DNA of 64,000 bases from Planctomycetota bacterium (GTDB lineage: Bacteria; Planctomycetota; UBA1135), in assembly GCA_024229395.1 (NCBI GenBank), contig JAAESM010000050.1, positions 58,043-122,042 on the forward strand. The letters run 5' to 3'. This document shows, piece after piece, positions 9,742-19,156 of this stretch (the first letter of the stretch is position 1; each line of letters opens with the position of its first letter). The position numbers were made by a program, and so were the translations under genes. The notes under the pieces are model-generated. The model was not told the origin of the DNA. It saw nothing but the letters and a program-made list of their open reading frames with translations, and did no database searches.

Positions 9742-11201
9742 GGTTGGTCTAGATCCGTTGCTCCATCACTACCGCCAGTGGCATAGCCCAAAGATTCAAG
9801 TTGTTCGCGTTCATCGTCGCTCAGCTCGACGATTGGCGCCTCACCATCAATGGCGAGTTGGCGATACCACGTGCTCATGGCATCGAGCATCTGGCGCGTG
9901 ACTTGCGGGTTTTCGGCGGCGACGTCGTGTTGTTCCAAGGGATCTAGTTGGCGATCGTAGAGGGCGACTTGTGGGTAATGGAAGGGCACATCCAACGGTG
10001 GGGCTTCAGGCCCGAGGAGGTTGCCACTGGGATTGTGCATCAAAGTCCAACGCGCATCACGCGCGACGAAGAAGCGACTGCCCCAGGAGGAAAAAGAATA
10101 ACCTGGCTGCGGTTGCTTTCCAAAGATGACCATCGGCAAGACGTCGGCCAAAGCTAGAGAGACGGCCTGCCTTTCTCCCTGTGGCCAGTCGCCGCCGAGC
10201 ACCATCAGCGGTACCTGGGTCACGCCGCGATAGATGCTTTTGGCGTGCATGAAATAGTTCTGGTGGTCGCCAAGCTCCTCACCGTGGTCACTCATCACCA
10301 CCACGATGGCATTATCCAGCAGTCCGCCGCGGCCAGCATTTTGGTACTGATGGTCCAGCCCACCTAAGAACTCCACCACGTAGTCATTGGCGGTCAAAAT
10401 CTCCTCGTCGTACAGGCCACGCAGATGCTCACGGGCGCTGGCATCAAAAGACTCCGGCTGCGCGAACAACTGTTCCAAGGTCTCACGATCGCCAGCCACA
10501 TCAAGCCCCTTCGAGAAGCTGCCGACGTGTTCCGCCTTCGGTGTATAGGGTTGATGCGGTGCCATGTAATGCGCCCACATCAAGGACCTGCGTTGGCCAC
10601 GCGCCACGGTCTTGCCAGTCTTGGACAACAATTTGGCCGACGCCTGCTCCTCTTGCTCATTGGTACTCAGCTGATAAGTCAAGAAACCACGACGCAAACC
10701 ACAGCTTGGGTTCAGCACTCCATTGGAGACCACCGCGTGATTGATCCAACCTTGGTCCGCCAACTGCATGGCGAAGTTCTGCGCGCGCACCTTGCCATGG
10801 TTGGTGGTGGTGCCATGCTCCAACGGTGCAAGTCCGGTCCAGAAGCTGCCGAAGGATGGCAAGGTCAATCCGGCCGGCGCCCATACCTGCTCCAGCACCG
10901 TGCCTTGTTGCGCCAACCAACTTAGCGACCACGGTTCCTCAACGCTGCCACCAGTGGCGTTGGCTCCGCCATAAAACGGTAGGCGATCGGCGCGCAAGGT
11001 GTCGATTGAAACGATCACCAAATCCAAATCTGTTGGTGCGTCGAGCAAGGAGTAGCTCGGCATTTCCACCGAGTTGGCAATGTTTGGGGCAAGGGCTTGA
11101 CCACTTTCCAATCCGGCACCGCCTCCCCCAGCATTGCCCTGCTCTCCAGAACATGCGGTCAGACTCGCCAACAACATCAAGTGATAGAACGCGCTTCTCA
11201 T
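9714..11201 (-). CDS. alkaline-phosphatase-superfamily (sulfatase-like) lipoprotein, copy 2
   Basis: The ATG at 11201 forms an ATGA overlap with the upstream stop. Signal peptide with lipobox LTAC. Metal-site motif VSIDTLRADRLPFYG. TLPSF occupies the place of the sulfatase C/SxPxR motif. Full-length paralog of 11198-12670. Confidence 0.8.
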   Translation of the reverse strand: MRSAFYHLMLLASLTACSGEQGNAGGGGAGLESGQALAPNIANSVEMPSYSLLDAPTDLDLVIVSIDTLRADRLPFYGGANATGGSVEEPWSLSWLAQQGTVLEQVWAPAGLTLPSFGSFWTGLAPLEHGTTTNHGKVRAQNFAMQLADQGWINHAVVSNGVLNPSCGLRRGFLTYQLSTNEQEEQASAKLLSKTGKTVARGQRRSLMWAHYMAPHQPYTPKAEHVGSFSKGLDVAGDRETLEQLFAQPESFDASAREHLRGLYDEEILTANDYVVEFLGGLDHQYQNAGRGGLLDNAIVVVMSDHGEELGDHQNYFMHAKSIYRGVTQVPLMVLGGDWPQGERQAVSLALADVLPMVIFGKQPQPGYSFSSWGSRFFVARDARWTLMHNPSGNLLGPEAPPLDVPFHYPQVALYDRQLDPLEQHDVAAENPQVTRQMLDAMSTWYRQLAIDGEAPIVELSDDEREQLESLGYATGGSDGATDLDQPWSGEQWNR

Positions 11202-12670
11202 GGACTCCACTGCGAACCTGGCCAAGGCAAGTTCAAATCGATCGGGCGGCCGTCGTCGCCAACGGCATAACCCAAGGCCTCAAGGTTGGCGATCTCATCT
11301 GGTGTGAGTGGTTTGCTATTGCGATTGGATTCAGTATCCAAGCCGTAATACCAATCATGCAAGGCATCGAGCAAACGCCGGGTTTCCTCAGGATGGGCAC
11401 TCGCGACGTTGTTTTTCTCGAGTGGATCGGCAAGACGATCGAACAGAGCAACGCTGGGGTAGACGAAGTCAACGGCCTTCGGTGGCTCCTTCGGCCCTTG
11501 GGCGCTGCCGCTTGGATTATGAATCAAGGTCCAGCGTTCGTCGCGCGCAGCGAAGTAACCTTCAGCCCAGGTCGAGAAATGCACCGTGGCTTGTGGCTGC
11601 ACACCATGCAAAACCATCGGCAGGATCTCCTGCAATGAGATTCCTCGAGCAATCCGAGTGCCCTTCCCCCATGTGCCTCCCAAGACCATCAACGGTACTT
11701 GCGTCACACCGGCGTAAAGGCTCTTGGCATGCATGAAGTAGCCTTCATGAAAGGCAAGCTCCTCGCCATGGTCACTCATCACCACGACCACGGCATTCTC
11801 TAACAAACTGCCGCGACCAGCTTGTTGGTACTGCACTTCCAAACCGCTTAGAAACTCCATCATGTAATCATTTGCGGTCAGGATTTCCTCGTCGTAAAGG
11901 CTACGCAGATGATCCAACGTGGCAGCGTCGGCGACGCTGGGGTCGGCGTGGATCACATCTAGAATCTCGCGCGTTCCTGCAGGTCCGTCAGCCTTGCTCC
12001 AAGTTCCAAGGTGGTTCGGGTGCGGCTGATAAGGCTGGTGTGGCGCCATGTAATGCGCCCAAATCAAACTGCGTTTGCTAGCGGCAATATCCGCTGCGGT
12101 CATCTTGAGCAACTCGGCGGGCCCCCTGGGCTCAAGTTCCTTGCGAAAGACTTGATAGCTCTTGAAGCCTGGGTCCAAGCCCGAGCCCGGTTGCTCGCCC
12201 TCTTCCGGCCTGAGCGAATAGTTGGCGACACTGGCGTGTGCTTGCCAACCACTTTTCTCGAGCTCCACCACCATGGTGGGTGCTTGCACTTGATGGAAGT
12301 TGCGCAAAGCTCCATGTTCCAGCGCACTGAGGCCGGTCCAGAACGACCCAAAGGATGGCAGGGTCATGCCAGCCGGCGCCCAGACTTGCTCAAACAAGGT
12401 GCTATTGGCAGCAACCCAGCTCAATGACCACTTCTGCCCAGGGTCGCCGCCAGTGGCGCGCTCCGCCCCGTAGAACGGCAGGCGATCCGCGCGCAAAGTA
12501 TCGATCGAGACCACCACCAGATCGAGTGGTTTCGCGGCCCCCAGCACCCCTTCTTCGGGGATGCCCAGCGGCGCAAGGGTAGTCCCCTGCGGGCCTACCG
12601 AATCGTTGCCGGAACAGCCACCTAAAAGGGCTGTCATCCATCCAAACATCAAGACCAGCTTGCGGTTCAT
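11198..12670 (-). CDS. alkaline-phosphatase-superfamily (sulfatase-like) lipoprotein, copy 1
   Basis: 490 aa. Signal peptide with lipobox LLGGC. Carries VSIDTLRADRLPFYG, GMTLPSFGSFWTG and MSDHGEEL. Colinear with 9714-11201. Confidence 0.8.
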   Translation of the reverse strand: MNRKLVLMFGWMTALLGGCSGNDSVGPQGTTLAPLGIPEEGVLGAAKPLDLVVVSIDTLRADRLPFYGAERATGGDPGQKWSLSWVAANSTLFEQVWAPAGMTLPSFGSFWTGLSALEHGALRNFHQVQAPTMVVELEKSGWQAHASVANYSLRPEEGEQPGSGLDPGFKSYQVFRKELEPRGPAELLKMTAADIAASKRSLIWAHYMAPHQPYQPHPNHLGTWSKADGPAGTREILDVIHADPSVADAATLDHLRSLYDEEILTANDYMMEFLSGLEVQYQQAGRGSLLENAVVVVMSDHGEELAFHEGYFMHAKSLYAGVTQVPLMVLGGTWGKGTRIARGISLQEILPMVLHGVQPQATVHFSTWAEGYFAARDERWTLIHNPSGSAQGPKEPPKAVDFVYPSVALFDRLADPLEKNNVASAHPEETRRLLDALHDWYYGLDTESNRNSKPLTPDEIANLEALGYAVGDDGRPIDLNLPWPGSQWSP

Positions 12671-12727
12671 TCCCCCAGTATAAGCAAGCAGATGGCTAGA
12701 CTATGGCATAGCCCGACAGCACTACCC

Positions 12728-13657
12728 ATGTCCTGGTTCGATTCACTCACTGCCTCTTTCATCCCTCTGGTCCCGAAGTCGATCATGCGTCGGCTCAGTA
12801 CCCGTTACATCGCTGGCGAACAACGCGCCGACGCCTTGCAACGTGGCAGCCAACTCGCGCGTGCCGGTTATCGCGTGACCTATGATCAACTCGGCGAGGC
12901 CGTCAGCAATGAGGCCGAAGTGGCCGAGGCCGTCGCCGAGAACTTGCGCTTGTTGGCCGACTTAAAGGAGGGCAATCTGGAGTTGAACATCTCCACCAAA
13001 CCCACCCAGATGGGTTTGAACATCTCAGAAGATTTGTGCTATGACTCGATGGCCAAAGTGCTCGAGGAAGCGCAATCTTGCGGTGCCTTCGTGCGCTTCG
13101 AGATGGAAGAGTCGTTCACGGTCGATGGCACCTTGCGCGTGTTCGAGAGGTTGCACGCCAACTATGGCAATACGGTCGGTATCGTGATTCAATCGATGCT
13201 GTTCCGCACCGAGGATGATGCGCATGCACTGGTCGCTAGCAGCGAGCAACCGTTGAACGTTCGCTTGGTCAAAGGCATCTATGTGGAGCCCGCGGATATC
13301 GCTTATCAGGAAGGCCCATTGGTCAACGCCAGTTATCTACGCACCCTGCGCGTCTTGCTTGAAGGTGGCGCCTTCGTGGCTGTGGCTTCGCACGACGACT
13401 TGCTGGTTGCTGGCTTGGAAGAAATGCTCGCGGAGAATCCTGCTTGGCGCGAACAGACCGAAGTGCAAGTGCTGCTTGGCGTGCGTGAAGAGATGCGTCA
13501 GCGCGTGCGCGATTCCGGTCTGCCAGTGCGTGTCTATGTGCCCTACGGCGATGCTTGGCATAAGTATGTCACGCGGCGCTTGAAGAAGAATCCGAAGCTC
13601 GCACGTTATGCCTTCTTTGGCATGTTCAAGCGCGGCGAAAAGTTCGACAAGGCCTAA
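12728..13657 (+). CDS. proline dehydrogenase (monofunctional PRODH family)
   Basis: About 310-aa protein with RYIAGE.., VRLVKGIY.EP and YVPYGDAWHKYVTRRLKKNP, typical of short bacterial PRODH. An ATG at 12692 is possible but would leave only 21 bp to the divergent gene. Confidence 0.75.
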   Translation: MSWFDSLTASFIPLVPKSIMRRLSTRYIAGEQRADALQRGSQLARAGYRVTYDQLGEAVSNEAEVAEAVAENLRLLADLKEGNLELNISTKPTQMGLNISEDLCYDSMAKVLEEAQSCGAFVRFEMEESFTVDGTLRVFERLHANYGNTVGIVIQSMLFRTEDDAHALVASSEQPLNVRLVKGIYVEPADIAYQEGPLVNASYLRTLRVLLEGGAFVAVASHDDLLVAGLEEMLAENPAWREQTEVQVLLGVREEMRQRVRDSGLPVRVYVPYGDAWHKYVTRRLKKNPKLARYAFFGMFKRGEKFDKA

Positions 13658-13673
13658 GCTTGCGTATTCTTGT

Positions 13674-14642
13674 CTAGTCCAAGGCGCGCAGTAACTCGTT
13701 GCGCACTTGCTCGACGGCATCGGCCAAGTTGGTTCCAGACGGGAAGGTGGCGCCTGCCGCGCGCGCATGTCCACCGCCACCAAGCTGGCGTGCGACCTGA
13801 TTGACATCAAGACGATGCTTACTGCGCAGGCTTAGCTTGACCATGCCACCATGGCGCTCTGTCAACAATCCAACGGCCTCAACCACGCGCACCGAGCGCA
13901 GCAGGTCGAGTACATCGTCGGTGTCGTCCATACTGCCACCAAGTTTCTCAAGATGCGCTTGGCTGGCCCACGCAATCGCGATCTGGCCGTCGGCGTGATA
14001 CTCAAGGCTCTCGAGCGCGGCGGCGATTCCGCGCGGACGTCCAAGCTCAGCCTGCTGGTAGACCAAGTCATAGATGCGCGAGGTGTTGACGCCATACGCG
14101 ACCAGACGCGCAGCAGCGGCCCATGCGTCGGCGTTGGCATTGGAATACTTGAGCCAACCCGTATCGGTCATCAGGGCTACAAATGCGGCCTCATATGCCT
14201 CGAGTGGCAACTCCTTGACGCCAAGGGCGTCGGCGAAATCCAAGGCCAACATGCCACTTGCAGCCGCACTGCAATCATGCACGCTGGCGGCCCATCCAAG
14301 GTCTTCGCCCATGGGATGGTGATCGATGACGAGACGCGCCATACCGCTGGCTTCAACCGCCTTGCCCATTGAGCCAAGGCGATCCAGCGTATTGCAGTCG
14401 CACACAATCAAGAGATCGGCCTCTGGCAGCTTGCCGTCGTATAAGGTCCACGGCGTATGCGCCTCGAGGAAGCCATAACGATTGTCAGGCGCGTTCGGCA
14501 ACATGACTTCGACTTCCTTACCCAGTTGCTTCAGGGCATGAAAGATCACGCTTTGCGCACCGAGGCAATCGCCATCGGCACGGAGGTGACCAGATAGCAG
14601 CACACGGCGGCTTTCCTTGACAAGGCTGACGGCTTCCAACAC
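13674..14642 (-). CDS. nrnA: DHH/DHHA1 phosphoesterase (NrnA-like oligoribonuclease/pAp phosphatase)
   Basis: DHH motifs HLRADGDCLGA and VIDHHP, plus the DHHA1 motif GGGGHARAAG. Confidence 0.8.
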   Translation of the reverse strand: MLEAVSLVKESRRVLLSGHLRADGDCLGAQSVIFHALKQLGKEVEVMLPNAPDNRYGFLEAHTPWTLYDGKLPEADLLIVCDCNTLDRLGSMGKAVEASGMARLVIDHHPMGEDLGWAASVHDCSAAASGMLALDFADALGVKELPLEAYEAAFVALMTDTGWLKYSNANADAWAAAARLVAYGVNTSRIYDLVYQQAELGRPRGIAAALESLEYHADGQIAIAWASQAHLEKLGGSMDDTDDVLDLLRSVRVVEAVGLLTERHGGMVKLSLRSKHRLDVNQVARQLGGGGHARAAGATFPSGTNLADAVEQVRNELLRALD

Positions 14643-14666
14643 GGGGGAGATTCTAACGGATTGCGA

Positions 14667-15878
14667 TTAAGAGGCAGTTTCGAAGCGATTTGGCCACGCG
14701 CTAACCTGCCGGGGCGGGCACCAGCCCTCACAAAGAGCAGTGCAAACGGATTGGGCGGTAAGTTGCGGAGTCTCGGAATCAGCTAGTTGCAGGCGCAGCA
14801 CGGTGGCGGTCTTGCCCACCGTCAGCTTGCCCCAATCTTGTTGCTGCAGGACTTCGGCTCCACGTGTGGTCAACGCATGCCACCAAGCTTGCGCTCCGGC
14901 GCTGGGCATTGCGTTAAAGGCCAAGGCAAGCTCGAACAAGGGATCCAACCGCGTATTCGACGCCCTGGAATCACAGCCCAATGCCGGCAGCGGCGTGCCT
15001 GATTCCACGAAAGCCGCAGCAGGGCGTTCGAAGTATTGATGCGTTCCAGGACAGAACACCACCCCCACTTTGGCCGCTGCAAGGCGCTGCAACTCCCCCG
15101 CATCCAAGTCGCCGCCATGCACGACCAAGGTGCCAGCGCGCAAGCCACCGACATGCTGCAACCAATCCACCGGCGAAGCCCACTGCTGTGACTTCAAGGC
15201 TCGCCCACGTTTCTGCAACAGCTCCGCCAGCGGCCCACTGCCATGCGCAAGTAGTTGGCGCTCCTCTTGATGTTCGCCAAGATGAATCGAGACCAAGCTG
15301 CCTTGAGCGGCTTCGAAGACCTTGCGGGCGACGTCGTCAGCGATCGAGAACGGTGCGTGCAATGACAACGCTTGTCCTTGGGCGAGTTGCTGCAGCAGCT
15401 GTGGATCAAAATCGGAGTCTGCTGGAGCGAAGACCTCTGGCATGGATAGGACTTGCGGTAACCCGGGCACCTGCTGTTGGCCGTCGGCACCAACTTCAGC
15501 GACATGGGTGGCGACCAAACCACAACCGTAACGCGCGAGTTCCGCCAGCGACAAGGCCGCACTGGAAGCGGCGTCAAGTCGTTGCGCAGTCATACGCCAG
15601 GACAGCAGCTGCTCCACCCAGCCGCTGAAACCCACGCCACGCCAATCGGCGCTCGGTGCATCAAAGCTCTCAAGGTGGGCATGCGCCATCACCGGCGCTG
15701 CAGTCCACAACTCGCCCGGAAACTCCTTCACCGGCAAATCCGCAGGCAACGCGGCAGCTGCAGTGACAGCCTGAATCTGCCCAGTGGGATCGACCACTAA
15801 AGCAGTGCGCTCCTGCAAGGATTCCGAATCCTGCAGGAGCGCGTCGGGCAGCAAAGCCCAGAGACGATCTTGGATCAA
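14667..15878 (-). CDS. metal-dependent amidohydrolase, MtaD/chlorohydrolase/aminofutalosine-deaminase-like
   Basis: Carries HAHLES (HxH), HLGEHQEE, VHGG and LGCDSRASN. The TTG start lies in a TTGA overlap with the stop of the giant lipoprotein gene. Confidence 0.65.
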   Translation of the reverse strand: MIQDRLWALLPDALLQDSESLQERTALVVDPTGQIQAVTAAAALPADLPVKEFPGELWTAAPVMAHAHLESFDAPSADWRGVGFSGWVEQLLSWRMTAQRLDAASSAALSLAELARYGCGLVATHVAEVGADGQQQVPGLPQVLSMPEVFAPADSDFDPQLLQQLAQGQALSLHAPFSIADDVARKVFEAAQGSLVSIHLGEHQEERQLLAHGSGPLAELLQKRGRALKSQQWASPVDWLQHVGGLRAGTLVVHGGDLDAGELQRLAAAKVGVVFCPGTHQYFERPAAAFVESGTPLPALGCDSRASNTRLDPLFELALAFNAMPSAGAQAWWHALTTRGAEVLQQQDWGKLTVGKTATVLRLQLADSETPQLTAQSVCTALCEGWCPPRQVSAWPNRFETAS

Positions 15879-18800
15879 TCGCCCGTGTAATCGAAAGTGA
15901 CTTCGGTCACGCGGAAGTAAGCGCCTGCGCCAGTACCGATCAGCGTCTCGATCTTGTCATGGTCGAAGACGACCAAGTAACGCAAGGCACGCACAATCGA
16001 GCCACTCAGCTCGCTAAGACCATCGGTGACACCGTTGAAGCCTGGAATGATCCATTCCGACTGGTTGATCAGCGTTGGGTTCGCCAAAGCCGATTGTCCT
16101 GCTTCCATCCAACTTTTCTGGAATCCGACCCAGATTGGGGTGGTGTCAGGATCGGTTGGCGAGGCGTTGCTGTAGCTACCGGTGTTGACGGTGGCGCCGT
16201 TAGGCGACCATTCGTACTCGACAGTCCAGCTGTCGAAGACCAACTCCTGCACGGTCGAAGCAGGCTCGTACCAACGACTGCGAACACCACTGGCGTTGCC
16301 GTTGAAGGTGGTGCCATCATCAGCGACGACGTCGCCACCACTGAAAGCCACGGCCATCTGACCGATGTTGGCTTGACCAGGAGAACCGATTGGGGTCAGT
16401 TCCACAGCACTGTCAGGTGCAATCATGCCTTGCAGCGCGGACAAGCTCTCGAGGCCGGTACCGGTCTCGACACGGACCAAACCACTGCCTCCATCGCCAC
16501 CATGGTTACCAGCGGCACCAAGTCCACCGGAACCACCAGCTACCGAGATTGAGTCCAGTCCAGCCTGCAATACCGAGCCGACCTGAATCAACAGGGAACC
16601 ACCGGAACCACCACCGCCACCTGCATCTCCAGGAGGGCCGTAGTCGATTGCGTTGGTATCAGAGAATGGAACCGACAGCATGAAGTTACTGTCGCCGCCA
16701 TCGCCACCTTCGGCGAGGATTGAACCTTCGATGGTCAAGCGCGAGCCGACGTGAATCTGTGCTGCACCACCACCGGCACCGCCACCTGCGCCAGGGCAGT
16801 TGCGGTAAGTACCGATCTCACCAGCCGAACCGGTGTAACGGTCGAAGATCGAACCGTGAATCGACATGCCTGCGCCGCCACCACCACTACCGCCGAGCAG
16901 CAAACCTGCTTCTGGGTCTGCGGTGTGGATGTTCAATGGCAGGCTGTAGTGACCGCCGTCGGCATCAGGAATCACGCCATCGGCTCCAGCATCCCACATG
17001 AAGTAGTTGCCGCCTGCGCCGTCGCCGTTGAACTCACGAATGTTGTCGCCACCATCGAGGTCGATGATCGGCTCATCCAGCGCTGCGCCAGACGGGTTGG
17101 TGCTGGTGGCATCGTAGTACTCGCCGACGTCGCCGTGAGTCCAGTAACCGCCGCCACCGCCACCGCGCGAACGGTGGATTGAGAAATCGCCGAATGCACT
17201 GGCGCTACCACCAGAGAAAGCCGTTGGGTGGGTCAAGACCGGAGCACCGTTGGTGAAGTTACCCAAAGGCATGTTGCCACTGTGCGGCGGCCAAGCCCAT
17301 GAACCCATTCCGGAACCGAGCTGGTAATCAGTCATCAGGTTGGCGCTGCCAGCAAGAGCAGAACCGGTTGCGGCTACACCGCCGACGCCGTCACCGTTGC
17401 CACCGTTGAACTCATCACCGGACTTGTTGCGCTTGAAGCGCGATGAATCCGGATCACCTGGCAAACCGAGGAAGCGTTGCTCCCACATCAGCTTCGAGGT
17501 GTTGAGGTAGGCATCGCCACCACCGCCGAAGACGAAACGGATGCTGTCGTAGTACCACGACTGACCACCCATACCGCCACCACCGGCGCTCAAATCGCCC
17601 GTAGCACCTGCAGTACCGAGTGCCTTGTCTTCAAGGCCCACGCCACCGGCCGCCCCCTTACCGAGATCCGACTCGTTGAAGGTTCCGAACCCTGTGCTGG
17701 TGCCGTTGTCCCACTCCTGGTGGGCAAAGAACTTGCCGTTCGGGTTGAACTGCGCACTTGCACCAGAGAAGTCAATCACGCCTTCGACGAAGGCCCGGCC
17801 GCGCACGACCACGCGTACGGCATTGGTGCCGGTTGCTTCCAGACGCGCAGCCTGATTAATGATCAGTTCCGAGAATGGGAACATGCCACCGGTCACGGTA
17901 ACGTTCTCGCCCAGCAACTCGGAAGCAATCACCATGCTGTCGGTGTCAAGCGTGGTCAAGCCATCTGGCAGGGTGTAAGAGCCCAACACGCCAGAGCCGC
18001 CACCTTTGTGCAAACCGGTGGTGACATCAAGGCCACTATCGAGCGTGCCTGGTGCGCCACTGGTGGCCCACAATCCAGCAGTACTGCCGTTGTCATCGAG
18101 CTTGCCGGAATCGGTGAAGGATTCGCTCAGGGTACCGACGACGGTAGGCAAGTCAGGGAGCAAGGCCGTCTTGATTCCTGGGTTGCACAGGGTGTTACCC
18201 GCCAGGTCAGAAATCTGCTGCGACAAGGAGATGCGCAACTGGCGCTCGCCGTTGTTGGAGCTAGGCCATGGCACATTAGGCGTGAAGGTCACGGTGGTGC
18301 GCAAGGCGTCGCGGTCTGCAACTGCAACGAAGGTCCCCGGAATATCAATCGAACCTGCAGTGGTATCGAAAGACTGAATGGTGATCAGCAAACTCTCACC
18401 GGTTTCTGGGTTCGCCATTGGCAAAGTCGACATGACATCGTCGAAGACCATTACGATCTCGAAGTCACGGCCGGTCGGTGCGGTTAGATCATCGGGAGTG
18501 ATTGAGGTCAGGCAAGGAGGTCCAGGCACAAGGTCAGTCACACCAGTGATGGTGATGTCGCCGGTGATGAAGGACTCGTTGGCGCGTCCGGATGCTGCAC
18601 GAACCACGTTAGGGCTGTCGACATCGAACAAGCGCACTTGATAGACCGCGCCATCCAGGAATCCGAACTGCACACCAGAGGAAGTCTCCACCAACGTTGG
18701 GCGGAAGATCACACGATTACCACTGACGATGAAGCTGCCGGTTGGGGATGCACCAGTAGCCAGATTGACGATGGAAATCGACGAAAAGTTGACCGAGTTC

Positions 18801-19006
18801 GGGTCGACTTTGTCGTTGAAGGTGAACGAGAGATCCTTGTTGGCTGGGTGCGAGTTGAGGGCGAACGAGGCACCGTTGCACCCTAAGGAGCACACGGACA
18901 CGCCGAAAGACTCAACGGCAGCGCCGTCGGTGGAACTGGAGCCGCAAGCGCCAAGCACGAGTAACATGCTGGCGACGGCAAGGGTTTTGCTTGTAGGGAA
19001 AAGCAT
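15875..19006 (-). CDS. giant lipoprotein, glycine-run subtype (hypothetical; SbsA-type Ig-like N-terminal modules)
   Basis: The ATG at 19006 gives MLFPTSKTLAVASMLLVLGAC (signal peptide plus lipobox). Ig-like module ..LSFTFNDKVDPNSVNFSSISIVN... Gly-run core in ORF aa 490-890. Paralog of 26266-29841. Confidence 0.8.
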   Translation of the reverse strand: MLFPTSKTLAVASMLLVLGACGSSSTDGAAVESFGVSVCSLGCNGASFALNSHPANKDLSFTFNDKVDPNSVNFSSISIVNLATGASPTGSFIVSGNRVIFRPTLVETSSGVQFGFLDGAVYQVRLFDVDSPNVVRAASGRANESFITGDITITGVTDLVPGPPCLTSITPDDLTAPTGRDFEIVMVFDDVMSTLPMANPETGESLLITIQSFDTTAGSIDIPGTFVAVADRDALRTTVTFTPNVPWPSSNNGERQLRISLSQQISDLAGNTLCNPGIKTALLPDLPTVVGTLSESFTDSGKLDDNGSTAGLWATSGAPGTLDSGLDVTTGLHKGGGSGVLGSYTLPDGLTTLDTDSMVIASELLGENVTVTGGMFPFSELIINQAARLEATGTNAVRVVVRGRAFVEGVIDFSGASAQFNPNGKFFAHQEWDNGTSTGFGTFNESDLGKGAAGGVGLEDKALGTAGATGDLSAGGGGMGGQSWYYDSIRFVFGGGGDAYLNTSKLMWEQRFLGLPGDPDSSRFKRNKSGDEFNGGNGDGVGGVAATGSALAGSANLMTDYQLGSGMGSWAWPPHSGNMPLGNFTNGAPVLTHPTAFSGGSASAFGDFSIHRSRGGGGGGYWTHGDVGEYYDATSTNPSGAALDEPIIDLDGGDNIREFNGDGAGGNYFMWDAGADGVIPDADGGHYSLPLNIHTADPEAGLLLGGSGGGGAGMSIHGSIFDRYTGSAGEIGTYRNCPGAGGGAGGGAAQIHVGSRLTIEGSILAEGGDGGDSNFMLSVPFSDTNAIDYGPPGDAGGGGGSGGSLLIQVGSVLQAGLDSISVAGGSGGLGAAGNHGGDGGSGLVRVETGTGLESLSALQGMIAPDSAVELTPIGSPGQANIGQMAVAFSGGDVVADDGTTFNGNASGVRSRWYEPASTVQELVFDSWTVEYEWSPNGATVNTGSYSNASPTDPDTTPIWVGFQKSWMEAGQSALANPTLINQSEWIIPGFNGVTDGLSELSGSIVRALRYLVVFDHDKIETLIGTGAGAYFRVTEVTFDYTGD

Positions 19007-19156
19007 CTTCACAATGACCTGAGCAGGACAAACCGATACCCCCCGTTGACAGTCGTCGACGAGGTTTCTCGGTGGGGCAAGTTTAGCAGAGTAAACACCA
19101 TGGGCACACAGACTTACGTACATCAACCGAGGCAGTTACCAAAGCCACACATTTCT

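Noticed and set aside
17477-18487. 336-aa plus-strand ORF. Similar cases are 15959-16552, 27061-27735, 31944-32615 and 34324-35211.
   Set aside because: All lie antisense inside the giant lipoprotein genes, whose paralogy between copies supports the minus-strand frames. The antisense products are His/Arg/Val-rich with no features.
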